From Ancalomicrobiaceae bacterium (lineage in GTDB: Bacteria > Pseudomonadota > Alphaproteobacteria > Rhizobiales > Ancalomicrobiaceae): a stretch of DNA of 64,000 bases. Where the stretch lies: positions 410-64,409 of the forward strand of contig JARLIT010000076.1 of NCBI GenBank assembly GCA_031291575.1, written 5' to 3'. Made by a program: the position numbers and the translations under genes. Shown here one piece after another: positions 48,133-57,681 of this stretch. Numbering within the stretch: position 1 is the stretch's first letter; each line of letters starts with the position of its first letter. Below the pieces are notes generated by a model. It saw only the letters and a program-made list of their open reading frames with translations, was not told the DNA's origin and did no database searches.

Positions 48133-48780
48133 CTATTGGCTGACCCAGAGGATACGCGCGGTCCAGGCGACGTCGGCGAGCCGGTGCACTTCACAGACCG
48201 CCTCGTCGGTGAGCGCACTGACAGTCAGCGTCCGCCGCGTGCGAACAAGCAGGGACCGGATCAGCAGCCGGCCGTCGATCATCGACAGGATGATGCGGTC
48301 GCCCTTCTCGGCCTTGGCGGCCTGCGAGGCTATCAGCCGATCGCCCGGCCGGTAGAGCGGCAGCCCCGAGCCGTCCTTCACCGCGACAGCGAGAAGCGGT
48401 GCGTCGAGATGCAGCGGCAAGACAAGCCCGCGCGCGGCGTCGACGAACGGCCCGGCTCCGTCATCGGCAAAGCCATCCGGCCGGGCAAACACCGACGCAT
48501 GGCCGTTGCCGCGGCGTTCGACAGGTGCCACGCCGCCGACGAGCATCAGGAAAGCCGGGACGCCGAGGCCGGTTGCATCGAGCACCTTGGCGATCGATTC
48601 CGTCGAAGGCCAGCGCGGGCGACCGTCGCTGCCACGGCGTTTGGACTTGTTGAAACTGGTTGCATTGAGACCGGCGCGTCGTGCCAGTCCCGACGGCGTA
48701 AGCCCGAACATCGCCGCGATAGTATCAATCGCGGCCCACAGGCTTTCATGTTCGAGAAGGGAAGAACCGTCGCGAGCCAA
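48133..48780 (-). CDS. HTH + S24 (LexA/CI)-like transcriptional regulator
   Basis: N-terminal HTH (LTPSGLARRAGLNATSFNKSKR) and a C-terminal S24-like beta domain (VKDGSGLPLYRPGDRLIAS...GDRIILSMIDGRLLIRSL). Confidence 0.7.
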   Translation of the reverse strand: MARDGSSLLEHESLWAAIDTIAAMFGLTPSGLARRAGLNATSFNKSKRRGSDGRPRWPSTESIAKVLDATGLGVPAFLMLVGGVAPVERRGNGHASVFARPDGFADDGAGPFVDAARGLVLPLHLDAPLLAVAVKDGSGLPLYRPGDRLIASQAAKAEKGDRIILSMIDGRLLIRSLLVRTRRTLTVSALTDEAVCEVHRLADVAWTARILWVSQ

Positions 48781-49185
48781 CCCCGCACCCGAGCTTTAGA
48801 CAGATACAACTCCCGTCAATATCGCGCGTTTTGGGTGTCCAAGGGAAGGCGGCGCGGACACGACTTCGATTTCCGCCGAATTCTGTCCGCAACCTGCGGA
48901 TGGTGAAACGGTTTTTTACCAATGCAGTCAGCTGAAATTCAATCTGAGCGCGAGTTTTCCAGGCCGACGGCGCGATGGGGATGCCTGTCAGCAGACGGTC
49001 GAGCCGCGAGCGATTCGCCCAAGCCGATTCGACATCGTGGCAATCAGCACGCCAGCGGCGGCCCGGCAGCCCATTGCCCGCCGCGTTCCGGGGAAACGCG
49101 CAACGCGCCCTCCCCGGCTGCAACCGGCCGCTGCCGGTCGACCGATCCGGCCGGAACTCCGGCAGGCTCGCTCTTGGGCGAGGCG

Positions 49186-50715
49186 TCACATCACCGCGCC
49201 GACCTGCCAGGGCACGAATTCATTGTCGCCGTACCCCAGGTTCTCCGACTTGGTGCGCTCGCCGGAAGCCGTCTTCAGCATCAGATCGAAGATCTCCCGC
49301 CCCTTGTCCTCAAGGCTGACACCATCGAGAACATCGCCGCAGTTGATGTCCATATCGTCCGTCATCCGGCGGTAAAGCTCGGAATTGGTGGCAAGCTTGA
49401 TGGAGGGCGCCGGCTTGCAGCCGAAGGCCGAGCCGCGACCGGTGGTGAAGGCGATCATATTGGCGCCGCCGGCCACCTGTCCGGTTGCCGAGACGGGGTC
49501 GTATCCGGGCGTGTCCATGAACACGAGGCCGCGCTCACTGACCTTTTCGGCATATTCGTAGACGGCTCGGAGCGGCGACGTGCCGCCCTTGGCGGCAGCG
49601 CCGAGCGACTTTTCCAGAATGGTCGTCAGCCCACCGGCCTTGTTGCCCGGCGACGGGTTGTTGTCCATGGTGCCGCCGAACCTGGCGCAATAGTCCTCCC
49701 ACCAATGCACGCGGCTCATCAGCTTCTCAGCCACCTCCGGCGTCACCGCCCGACCGGTGAGGAGGTGTTCGGCGCCGTAGATCTCGGAGGTTTCGGACAG
49801 GATCGCCGTGCCGCCATGGCGGACCAGCATGTCGACGGCCACGCCGAGGGCCGGGTTGGCCGTGATCCCCGAATAGCCGTCCGAACCGCCGCATTGCAGG
49901 CCGACGACGAGGTCGGCCGCTGAAACCGTCTCCCGCCTGGCACGGGCGGCGACCGGCAGGAGCTCCTTGATGCGCTCGAGCCCGGCTTCGATCGTCCGGC
50001 GCGTGCCCCCCGATTCCTGGATCGTCATCGTCTGGAAATGCTCGCCCTCGACGATGCCGTATTCGGACTTCATCCGGCCGATCTGGAACACCTCGCAGCC
50101 GAGCCCGACCAACAGGACTGCGGCGATGTTCGGATTTGTCGAATAGCCCCACTGGGTGCGCTTCAGGATTTCGAAGCCTTCACCCTGGCCGGACATGCCA
50201 CAGCCCGTGCCGTGGACGAAGGAAACGACGCCGTCGACCGTGGGATAGTCGGCCAGTATGCCGGAGCGGTTGACCGCTTCGACCATGAAGCGGGCGACGG
50301 TCGCCGAGCAGTTGACGCTGGTCATCACCGCGACGTAGTTGCGGGTGCCGGCCTTGCCGCCCGGACGACGGTAGCCTTCGAACGTGGCGCGGGCCTCAGG
50401 CGGCAGCAGATCCTCGGGTACAGCATCGACGCCGTAGTCGTGATCGCGCTCAAAATGCTGAAAGTCGCAGTTGTGCGTATGGACGTAATCGCCAGGAAGG
50501 ATATCCGCGGAGGCAAAGCCGATGATCTGGCCGAACTTCACGATCGGCGCACCGGCCGCGACAGGAACGGTTGACATCTTGTGGCCGCGCGGTATCCGCA
50601 CGAGTGCCGTCACGCCTTGGCTGGTCATGACGCCGGCATCGACGGCATCGATGGCTATTGCGACGGAATCGTGCGGGTGCAGACGCAGGGTCCGCGGCTC
50701 TTTGGCAACCGCCAT
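49186..50715 (-). CDS. UxaA-family sugar-acid dehydratase (altronate/galactarate dehydratase-like, SAF + UxaA domains)
   Basis: SD AAGGA precedes ATG 50715 (MAVAKEPRTLRLHP). SAF-domain N-terminus and the conserved GTRNYV / VNCSA region. Confidence 0.8.
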   Translation of the reverse strand: MAVAKEPRTLRLHPHDSVAIAIDAVDAGVMTSQGVTALVRIPRGHKMSTVPVAAGAPIVKFGQIIGFASADILPGDYVHTHNCDFQHFERDHDYGVDAVPEDLLPPEARATFEGYRRPGGKAGTRNYVAVMTSVNCSATVARFMVEAVNRSGILADYPTVDGVVSFVHGTGCGMSGQGEGFEILKRTQWGYSTNPNIAAVLLVGLGCEVFQIGRMKSEYGIVEGEHFQTMTIQESGGTRRTIEAGLERIKELLPVAARARRETVSAADLVVGLQCGGSDGYSGITANPALGVAVDMLVRHGGTAILSETSEIYGAEHLLTGRAVTPEVAEKLMSRVHWWEDYCARFGGTMDNNPSPGNKAGGLTTILEKSLGAAAKGGTSPLRAVYEYAEKVSERGLVFMDTPGYDPVSATGQVAGGANMIAFTTGRGSAFGCKPAPSIKLATNSELYRRMTDDMDINCGDVLDGVSLEDKGREIFDLMLKTASGERTKSENLGYGDNEFVPWQVGAVM

Positions 50716-50821
50716 TGCTTCTGATCCTTTCGTCGAGGCGAATTCGCCGGACCGACGGTGCCCGTGGCGCCGGTCTTGACGGCGAGGTTGACGTCGTAAC
50801 ATGAAATACTAACATGCTACA

Positions 50822-51550
50822 ATGTACATGAACGAAGACCTGAACATCACCGACGGATACGCCTTTCTGGCGCCCATCAATCTGCCCGCGCGGGGTGGCA
50901 CGACGGATCACGTCACCACGGTCCTGCGCAATGCGATCGTCACCTCCGGGCTGCCGCCCGGGGCCCTGATCAACAAGCACGTCATCTGCGAGCGGTTGGG
51001 CGTGTCGCGCTTTCCGGTGTCGGAGGCGCTCAACAGATTGCAGACCGAGGGACTTGTCGAGATCCTGCCGCAGCGTGGCACGCGGGTGACCAGGATCCGC
51101 ATCTCCGATGTCGAGGAGAGCATGTTCATCCGGCGCGCGCTCGAGGCGGAGACGGTGCGACAATTGGCCCCGCAAGCCTCGGATGCCCTGCTCGCCAACC
51201 TTGAACGCAACATGCGCTACCAGCAGTCGGCGATCGACGCCGACGACCGGCAGGGCTTCCACACGCTCGATCTCGAATTCCACCTGACCCTGATGGAAGC
51301 GCTTGCCTACGGGCGGGTCAGGGCGGCGATCGACTCGGCACGAGCCAATCTGGAGAGGGCCCGGAGAATCCTTTTGGGAACGCCGGGATATGTGGCAACA
51401 TACGCGGAACACCTAAGCATCTTCGAGGCGATGATGGCGCGTGACGGCGATCATGCGGCGGCCGCCATGACGGCGCATCTGAACCGCGTCATGGCGGAAC
51501 TGGTGGCCTTCTCGAAGGCTCGGCCCGAAGTCTTCGAGCCGATGGACTGA
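50822..51550 (+). CDS. GntR-family (FadR/FCD-type) transcriptional regulator
   Basis: Winged-helix region ICERLGVSRFPVSEALNRLQTEGLVEILPQRG plus a helical FCD C-terminus. Confidence 0.85.
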   Translation: MYMNEDLNITDGYAFLAPINLPARGGTTDHVTTVLRNAIVTSGLPPGALINKHVICERLGVSRFPVSEALNRLQTEGLVEILPQRGTRVTRIRISDVEESMFIRRALEAETVRQLAPQASDALLANLERNMRYQQSAIDADDRQGFHTLDLEFHLTLMEALAYGRVRAAIDSARANLERARRILLGTPGYVATYAEHLSIFEAMMARDGDHAAAAMTAHLNRVMAELVAFSKARPEVFEPMD

Positions 51551-51584
51551 GCGACCAGACGACATCCGGCATGATGGAGCGTTC

Positions 51585-52811
51585 ATGAGCGAGAGCGGCA
51601 CGGCAATCAGGCAGCGACTGTTCCGGTCCCCGTCGGGATCGGAGATTTCGTTCGCCGAACTTGGTTTCGGATCGGCGCCGCTCGGCAATCTCTATCAACC
51701 GCTCTCCGAACGGGCCGCCCAGGAAACGCTGCACGCCGCCTGGGAGGCCGGTTGCCGCTACTTCGATACGGCGCCGCAGTATGGTCTCGGTCTGGCCGAA
51801 ACGCGGCTCAACCACTTCTTCAGAGGCAAGCGTCGCGACGATTATGTCGTCTCGACCAAGGTCGGCCGACTGCTGGAAGTGTGCAGACCCGAGGAGCGCA
51901 CCGGCATCGGCAAGTTCTTCGAAACCCCGACGCGCCGGCAAGTGTACGACTATTCCTACGATGGGGTGATGCGCTCGTTCGAAGCCTCGCTGGAACGGTT
52001 GGGGCTCGACCGCATCGATATCCTCTACGTCCACGACGTCGACGTGATGTCGCACGGATCGCGGCAGGCCTCCGACGCACGCGTCGAGGAACTGATGGCC
52101 GGCGGCTACCGCGCGCTCCTCCGCTTGCGCGAGGAAGGCGTGATCAAGGCCTTCGGCGCCGGCGTCAACGAATGGGAGGTCTGCCAGACGCTCGCCGAGC
52201 GCGGCGACTTCGACCTCTTCCTGCTCGCCGGACGCTACACGCTGTTGGAACAGCAGGCGCTCGACAGTTTCCTGCCGCTGTGCGAAGCGCGCGGCATCGG
52301 CATCGTGCTCGGCGGCCCCTACAATTCCGGCATCCTCGCGACCGGGCCTAAGCCGGGAGCGATGTACAACTACGACCCGGCACCCGAGGCGATCCTCGAT
52401 CGCGTTGCCCGCATCGAGGACGTCTGTCTGGCCTACGGGGTGAAGCTGATCGAAGCGGCGTTGCGGTTCCCCCTCACCCACCCGCAGGTCGTTTCCGTCA
52501 TCCCCGGCGCGCGCACGCCCGACGAGGTCTGGTGCAACGTCGAAATCCTGTCGACGGTCATCCCGACCGGGTTGTGGACGGCGCTGCGCCACGAAGGTCT
52601 GCTGCGTCCCGACGCCCCCATTCCTTCGCCGTCGAAATATGCGGCGCATTTCGACCCTGCGGTGCCATTCGCCACCGACCGGCCGGAGGCGCGCACGCAC
52701 CGCGGCACGACCGGGGCAGGCGCATTCGGCCGCTCCAGGAGCGATGCGGACGGAATCAGTCCGGCAGAGATCGCACCACCTGAAATCCACTGGACCGTCG
52801 GCGAGGCCTGA
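51585..52811 (+). CDS. Aldo-keto reductase (aldose/L-fucose-type 1-dehydrogenase-like) with ~60-aa low-complexity C-terminal extension
   Basis: LGFGSAPLGN, FDTAPQYG and the STKVGR core. The family-typical end (...GLLRPDAPIP) is reached near 52625, but the ORF continues to 52811. Confidence 0.8.
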   Translation: MSESGTAIRQRLFRSPSGSEISFAELGFGSAPLGNLYQPLSERAAQETLHAAWEAGCRYFDTAPQYGLGLAETRLNHFFRGKRRDDYVVSTKVGRLLEVCRPEERTGIGKFFETPTRRQVYDYSYDGVMRSFEASLERLGLDRIDILYVHDVDVMSHGSRQASDARVEELMAGGYRALLRLREEGVIKAFGAGVNEWEVCQTLAERGDFDLFLLAGRYTLLEQQALDSFLPLCEARGIGIVLGGPYNSGILATGPKPGAMYNYDPAPEAILDRVARIEDVCLAYGVKLIEAALRFPLTHPQVVSVIPGARTPDEVWCNVEILSTVIPTGLWTALRHEGLLRPDAPIPSPSKYAAHFDPAVPFATDRPEARTHRGTTGAGAFGRSRSDADGISPAEIAPPEIHWTVGEA

Positions 52812-53180
52812 CGCCTCCCACGGTGGGCCGGCGTCGCGCTGACACCATCAACCGGATCGGCTCTGCGCCGAGCCGGACGACAGTCTGCGGCACCGGTCCG
52901 TCGAGACAACAGGCAGACGTATATTCAACCGGAGTTTGCGCTTGCTCAAGGCGCGCCGGCGGCAATCCGATCATCTGCGTTGTACTCCTGACCTGCGCGA
53001 CAGGGCGATAAGCGCGGTCAGACAGATACTCACCTCCAAGCCAGGCCGGAGCGATACGGAATATTAATTTCGGATTGACAATCAGTTGGAATGTATGTTT
53101 CGCTCATATCTACGCCGGGCATTAGTCCACGGCGGGCGGTTTCATAAGCAAAAGCGATAGCCGCCTCGGGGGGAAGCAGC

Positions 53181-53504
53181 ATGCGGGTCGACGCCCACCA
53201 GCACTTCTGGTCGATCAATCGCGGCGATTACGGCTGGCTGACGCCGGCATACCCCAAGCTCTTTTGCAATTTCGGGCCGGACCGCGTGATGTGGGGCTCC
53301 GATTGGCCCGTGCTCGCCAATACCGTGTCCTATTCGGCAGGGGTCCAGACGACCGAGGCACTTGTTGCGAATTCCGTCGACGACGCGCAAGATATCGAGC
53401 GCATTTTCGGACGCAACGCCACGGCATTCTATCAGTTTAAGGAGCCGGCAAGCCCCCCTTCGTGCAAGCACGAATCGCGGTTGACATCCCTGGCTGAATG
53501 CTAA
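53181..53504 (+). pseudogene. Amidohydrolase_2-type lactonase relic with large internal in-frame deletion
   Basis: The N-terminus MRVDAHQHFWSINRGDYGWL joins directly to the C-terminal block FGPDRVMWGSDWPV...ERIFGRNATAFY. The product is 107 aa, against roughly 280 aa for the family. Confidence 0.75.
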
Positions 53505-53879
53505 CATGTTTGTGCCGTCGACAGTCTCGACGGCACGTGCCTAACGAACGCCAAGAACAGGAAGGGAGCGCCAAGGGTTCCAGCAGAACCTATCTCGCCA
53601 TCGGCTCTCGCCGGGGAAACGCATTCGACCCGACGCGTTCTCCAGCAGAATTCGCCAAGGACCCCGCTTCGCCGTCACGAAGCCCCTTGGCAGGAAAGTT
53701 CGAGAGGCGAGCGGAGGGCAAAGCCGGTTCCGACTGTTCGATAGAGACCAAGGGTCCGTCTCCCGAGGGGGATGCGGGCCTGCGATCGGTCGCCCTGGGA
53801 GGGGGGACCAATGTAGTCCGGGCGTGCCCGGAACAAATAGGCCGGCAACTACCACCCGGTCGATTCAGGGAGAGATGAA

Positions 53880-54842
53880 ATGAAGAAACTGCTCATTGCT
53901 GCCGGCGTAGCCGCCGGTCTTGCTTTTGCGCCGATCACCACGGCTTCGGCCGAGACCGTGATCCCGGTCATCGTCAAGGATACGACGTCGTTCTACTGGC
54001 AGATCGTTCTGGCCGGCGCCCGCAAGGCTGGCAAAGACCTCGGCGTCTCCGTCCCGGAACTGGGCGCTCAGTCTGAATCCGACATCAACGGCCAGATCTC
54101 GATCCTCGAGAACGCGGTCGCCGGCAAGCCCGCCGCCATCGTGATCGCCCCGACGCAGAAGGCAGCCCTCGGCAAGCCGATCGACGAAGCCGCCAAGTCC
54201 GTTCCGATCATCGGCGTCGACTCGGCTGCCGACTCGAAGGCGTTCACATCGTTCTTGACCACCGACAACGTTCAGGGCGGCCGCATCGCCGCTGACGGCC
54301 TGGCCGCCGCCATCGCCGCCAAGTACGGCAAGGCCGAGGGCGAAGTCGCTCTCGTCACGCATCTTCCGGGCGTCGGCTCGCTCGACGAGCGCGCCAAGGG
54401 CTTCAAGGAGCAGCTGGCCGCCAAGTATCCCGGCCTGAAGCTCGTCGAAGACAAGATCTCCGACGGCACCGCCAACGGCGGCCTCAACATCGTCGCCGAC
54501 CTGCTGACGGCTCGTCCGAACCTGCGCGGCATCTTCGCTTCGAACCTGATCCAGGCCCAAGGCGCCATCCAGGCGGTTGCTGAAGCCAAGGCTCAGGACA
54601 AGGTCAAGCTCGTCGGCTTCGATAGCGACGACAAGCTGGTGAAGGCTCTGAAGGACGGCGTGCTGGCCGCCACCGTGGTGCAGGACCCCTTCCGCATGGG
54701 CTACGACGGCGTCAAGACCGCCCTCGCCGCTTCGAAGAAGGAAAAGGTCGAGGCTTTCGTCGACACCGGCGCGAACCTGATCACCGGCGCCAACATCAAC
54801 GAGCCTCGCTCGCAGGAACTGTTGAACCCGAAGGTCAAGTGA
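53880..54842 (+). CDS. Sugar ABC transporter substrate-binding protein (RbsB-like, CUT2)
   Basis: Signal peptide MKKLLIAAGVAAGLAFAPITTASA and a periplasmic-binding-protein type I pattern. Confidence 0.85.
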   Translation: MKKLLIAAGVAAGLAFAPITTASAETVIPVIVKDTTSFYWQIVLAGARKAGKDLGVSVPELGAQSESDINGQISILENAVAGKPAAIVIAPTQKAALGKPIDEAAKSVPIIGVDSAADSKAFTSFLTTDNVQGGRIAADGLAAAIAAKYGKAEGEVALVTHLPGVGSLDERAKGFKEQLAAKYPGLKLVEDKISDGTANGGLNIVADLLTARPNLRGIFASNLIQAQGAIQAVAEAKAQDKVKLVGFDSDDKLVKALKDGVLAATVVQDPFRMGYDGVKTALAASKKEKVEAFVDTGANLITGANINEPRSQELLNPKVK

Positions 54843-54866
54843 TCCTCGAGGTAGCCTAACGCGTGT

Positions 54867-54891
54867 CCCCCGGCGCCCTGGGCGCCGGGGG
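54867..54891 (+). other. Intercistronic GC hairpin (11-bp perfect stem CCCCCGGCGCC / GGCGCCGGGGG)
   Basis: Lies between the binding-protein gene and the ATPase gene. It has no real T-tract. Confidence 0.7.
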
Positions 54892-54976
54892 TTCCCCCCG
54901 GGGAGGCCCCGGTCGGCAGAGCGCTCAAGGCGCCGTCGCCACCTTCCTGAAGCAGATACCATCTGGAGTAGCCACC

Positions 54977-56509
54977 TTGTCGACCAGCGCCACCCAGTCG
55001 GTCGCGTCCCCTGCGACCGAAGCGATTTTCGACGGTCCCATCCTCGAGATGCGCAAGCTCGAAAAGCGCTATACCGGTACGCATGCACTGAAGCCCGCCG
55101 ATCTGGCATTCAAAACGGGCGAGATCCACGCCATCGTGGGCGAAAATGGCGCCGGCAAGTCGACGCTGATCAAGCTCCTTACCGGCGTGACGCCGCGCAC
55201 CTCCGGCGAAATCATATGGAAAGGCAAGGCCACAGGCCTGTCGACGCCGCACGAGGCAATCGCACTCGGCATCAACGCTGTCCACCAGGAAGTGCTGATG
55301 TGCCCGCACCTGAGCGTGGCCGCCAATATCTTCCTTGGCGACGAACAAACCTCGCACGGGATGCTCAATCACCGCGGCATGGTGCGTGGCGCGCAGAAGA
55401 TCCTCGACGACCTCGGCTTCGACCTGCGGGCCGACGTGGAACTGTCGAGCCTGACCATCGGTCAGCAACAGCTGATCGCTACGGCGCGCGCAGCGACCCG
55501 CGGCACACAGTTTCTCATCTTCGACGAGCCGACCGCTTATCTCACCCGTAAGGAGGCGGCGCAGCTGTTCTCGCTCATCCGCCGGCTGAAGGCGCAGGGC
55601 GTCACCATCGTCTACATCAGCCACCGGCTGGAAGAAGTGTTCGAACTTGCCGACCGCGTGTCGGTGCTACGTGACGGCCAGTTGGTCGGCACGCGCCGCA
55701 CCGCCGAGACCAACGAAACCGAGCTGATCCAGATGATGATCGCGCGTACGCTCGATCAGATCTATCACAAGGAAACGATGGAATTCGGCCATGTGATTCT
55801 GGAGACCAAGGCGCTGTCGGGCCAGGGCTTCCAGGACATTTCGATCTCCGTCAGGGCTGGCGAGATCGTCGGCCTCTACGGGTTGATCGGCGCTGGCCGT
55901 TCGGAGTTCGTGACCAGCCTCTACGGCCGGCATCCGCACAAGTCGGGCGAGGTGCTGTGGGAAGGCAAGCCGGTCACCATCCGGCGCGAGCGCGACGCGA
56001 TGAATCTCGGCATCGCTCTCTCGCCGGAAAGCCGCCGCGACCAGGGGCTCTGCCTCAATCTGCCGGTCGGGCTCAACATCAACCTGCCGATCTATCAGCG
56101 GCTGACCCGCTACTTCACGCTCGACAACGGCGGGGAAGTGCGTGCCGCCAACCGGCAGATCTCGGATCTCAGGATCAAGACGTCCGGACGCGGGGCGCTG
56201 GCGTTGTCGCTTTCCGGCGGCAATCAGCAGAAGATCGTGATCGGCAAGTGGCTCAATCACGGTGCCAAGCTGTTCATCTTCGACGAGCCGACCGTTGGCG
56301 TCGACGTCGGTACCAAGGCCGAGATCTATCGGCTGTTGGCCAAACTGCTGGCCGAGGGCGCCGGCATCATCCTGATCTCGTCCTATCTCCCGGAAATCTA
56401 TGAACTGTCCGATACGCTGCATGTGTTCCGCGGTGGTCGCATCGTCGGGTCGCACCCGTTCAAGGGCGGCAGCCACGAAGAGATCCTGACAGAAGCCATC
56501 GGTGTCTGA
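54977..56509 (+). CDS. Sugar ABC transporter ATP-binding protein (two NBDs, RbsA-like)
   Basis: GENGAGKST, then a second domain with LSGGNQQK. GGAG plus 8 nt then TTG 54977 is the preferred start. The track ORF begins at 54863, inside the hairpin. Confidence 0.8.
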   Translation: MSTSATQSVASPATEAIFDGPILEMRKLEKRYTGTHALKPADLAFKTGEIHAIVGENGAGKSTLIKLLTGVTPRTSGEIIWKGKATGLSTPHEAIALGINAVHQEVLMCPHLSVAANIFLGDEQTSHGMLNHRGMVRGAQKILDDLGFDLRADVELSSLTIGQQQLIATARAATRGTQFLIFDEPTAYLTRKEAAQLFSLIRRLKAQGVTIVYISHRLEEVFELADRVSVLRDGQLVGTRRTAETNETELIQMMIARTLDQIYHKETMEFGHVILETKALSGQGFQDISISVRAGEIVGLYGLIGAGRSEFVTSLYGRHPHKSGEVLWEGKPVTIRRERDAMNLGIALSPESRRDQGLCLNLPVGLNINLPIYQRLTRYFTLDNGGEVRAANRQISDLRIKTSGRGALALSLSGGNQQKIVIGKWLNHGAKLFIFDEPTVGVDVGTKAEIYRLLAKLLAEGAGIILISSYLPEIYELSDTLHVFRGGRIVGSHPFKGGSHEEILTEAIGV

Positions 56510-56592
56510 GGTACCCATTCGACAGGATCCGCCCGCGCGGAGCCACTCAATGTGGGATCGAGCGGAGCGGGCGCATAACCTGGGGCAATAAC

Positions 56593-57648
56593 ATGACGAC
56601 GGAATCGACGACAGACTCAGTCCAGTCCCGTGGCAAGGGCCTGAACTTGCTCTTGGGCCTGACCCTAGTCGGCCTGATGGTGGTGCTGTGGATCGCCCTC
56701 ACCTTTGCGACTGACGCGTTCATGTCGGAACGCAACATCAGCAACCTTGCCCGCCAGGGCTCGATGATCGCGGTACTGGCCATCGGCGAGACGTTCGTGA
56801 TCCTCACCGCCGGTATCGACCTGTCGGTCGGCGCGGTCGCCGGCTTTGCCAGCGTCACCATCGCCATCCTGATCAATGCCGATGTCGCGGTGGTCAACGG
56901 GCTGCTCACCTCTCTGGGCCTGGCGACTGATGGTAATCTGGCAGCGATCCTGCTGACGGTCTACGACGTGCTGGCGATCCTCATTACGCTCGGCGTCGGC
57001 CTCTGCGTCGGATTGTTCCACGCCTTCGGCATCGTCAAGATGGGGCTGCCGCCGTTCATCATGACGCTCGCGACCATGCAGATCCTGCGTGGCGCCGGCT
57101 TCCTGTGGACGCAGAGCACGTCGATCCAGATCCTCGGCGGCGACGGAGCCGGCTTCAACGCCTTTGCCGCGGCCAACTTCCTGGGCATCCCCAGCCTGTT
57201 CTGGGTGGTGATCATCGTCGGCATCCCCTCGTACATCCTGCTGCACCAGACCCGCTGGGGGCGCTATATCTTCGCCGTCGGCTCCAACCCGGAAGCGGCG
57301 CGCCTGTCTGGCGTCAATACGCAGGGCATCATCTATCTGATCTATGCGCTCTGCTCGATCTGCGCCGCCCTCGTCGGCATCATGCTGGCGACGCGTCTGC
57401 ACATCGGCGATGCGAGCCAGGCCCAAGGCTGGGAATTGCAGGCGATTGCCTCGACGGTGATCGGCGGCACCTCGCTGTTCGGTGCAGTCGGCTCGGCCTA
57501 CGGCCCGATCCTCGGCGCGTTCATCCTGGCGACCATCGCCAACGGCGCCAACCTCCTGCACATGAACGCCTTCTGGCAGTACATCATCACCGGCATGCTG
57601 ATCATCCTGATCGTCTATTTCGACGGTCTGAAGCGTGCGAAACGATAG
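56593..57648 (+). CDS. Sugar ABC transporter permease (RbsC-like)
   Basis: Polytopic 351-aa track ORF. Confidence 0.85.
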   Translation: MTTESTTDSVQSRGKGLNLLLGLTLVGLMVVLWIALTFATDAFMSERNISNLARQGSMIAVLAIGETFVILTAGIDLSVGAVAGFASVTIAILINADVAVVNGLLTSLGLATDGNLAAILLTVYDVLAILITLGVGLCVGLFHAFGIVKMGLPPFIMTLATMQILRGAGFLWTQSTSIQILGGDGAGFNAFAAANFLGIPSLFWVVIIVGIPSYILLHQTRWGRYIFAVGSNPEAARLSGVNTQGIIYLIYALCSICAALVGIMLATRLHIGDASQAQGWELQAIASTVIGGTSLFGAVGSAYGPILGAFILATIANGANLLHMNAFWQYIITGMLIILIVYFDGLKRAKR

Positions 57649-57681
57649 CCCCTTTATCGCGGCCCGAAAGCTGGTCACACT

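Noticed and set aside
48930-48965. GCTCAGATTGAATTTCAGCTG (minus strand), which resembles the inner hairpin and loop of the repeat family and could be a possible fifth copy.
   Set aside because: Only about 20 nt are similar. There is no outer stem, no AGATTCAA-N4-TTGAG box and no second hairpin, so the match is too weak to call.
53690-53730. GGCAGGAAAGTTCGAGAGG, which resembles the RNase P RNA GGAAAGTCCGG core.
   Set aside because: It is only a short partial match, and none of the other universally conserved RNase P regions is present nearby.
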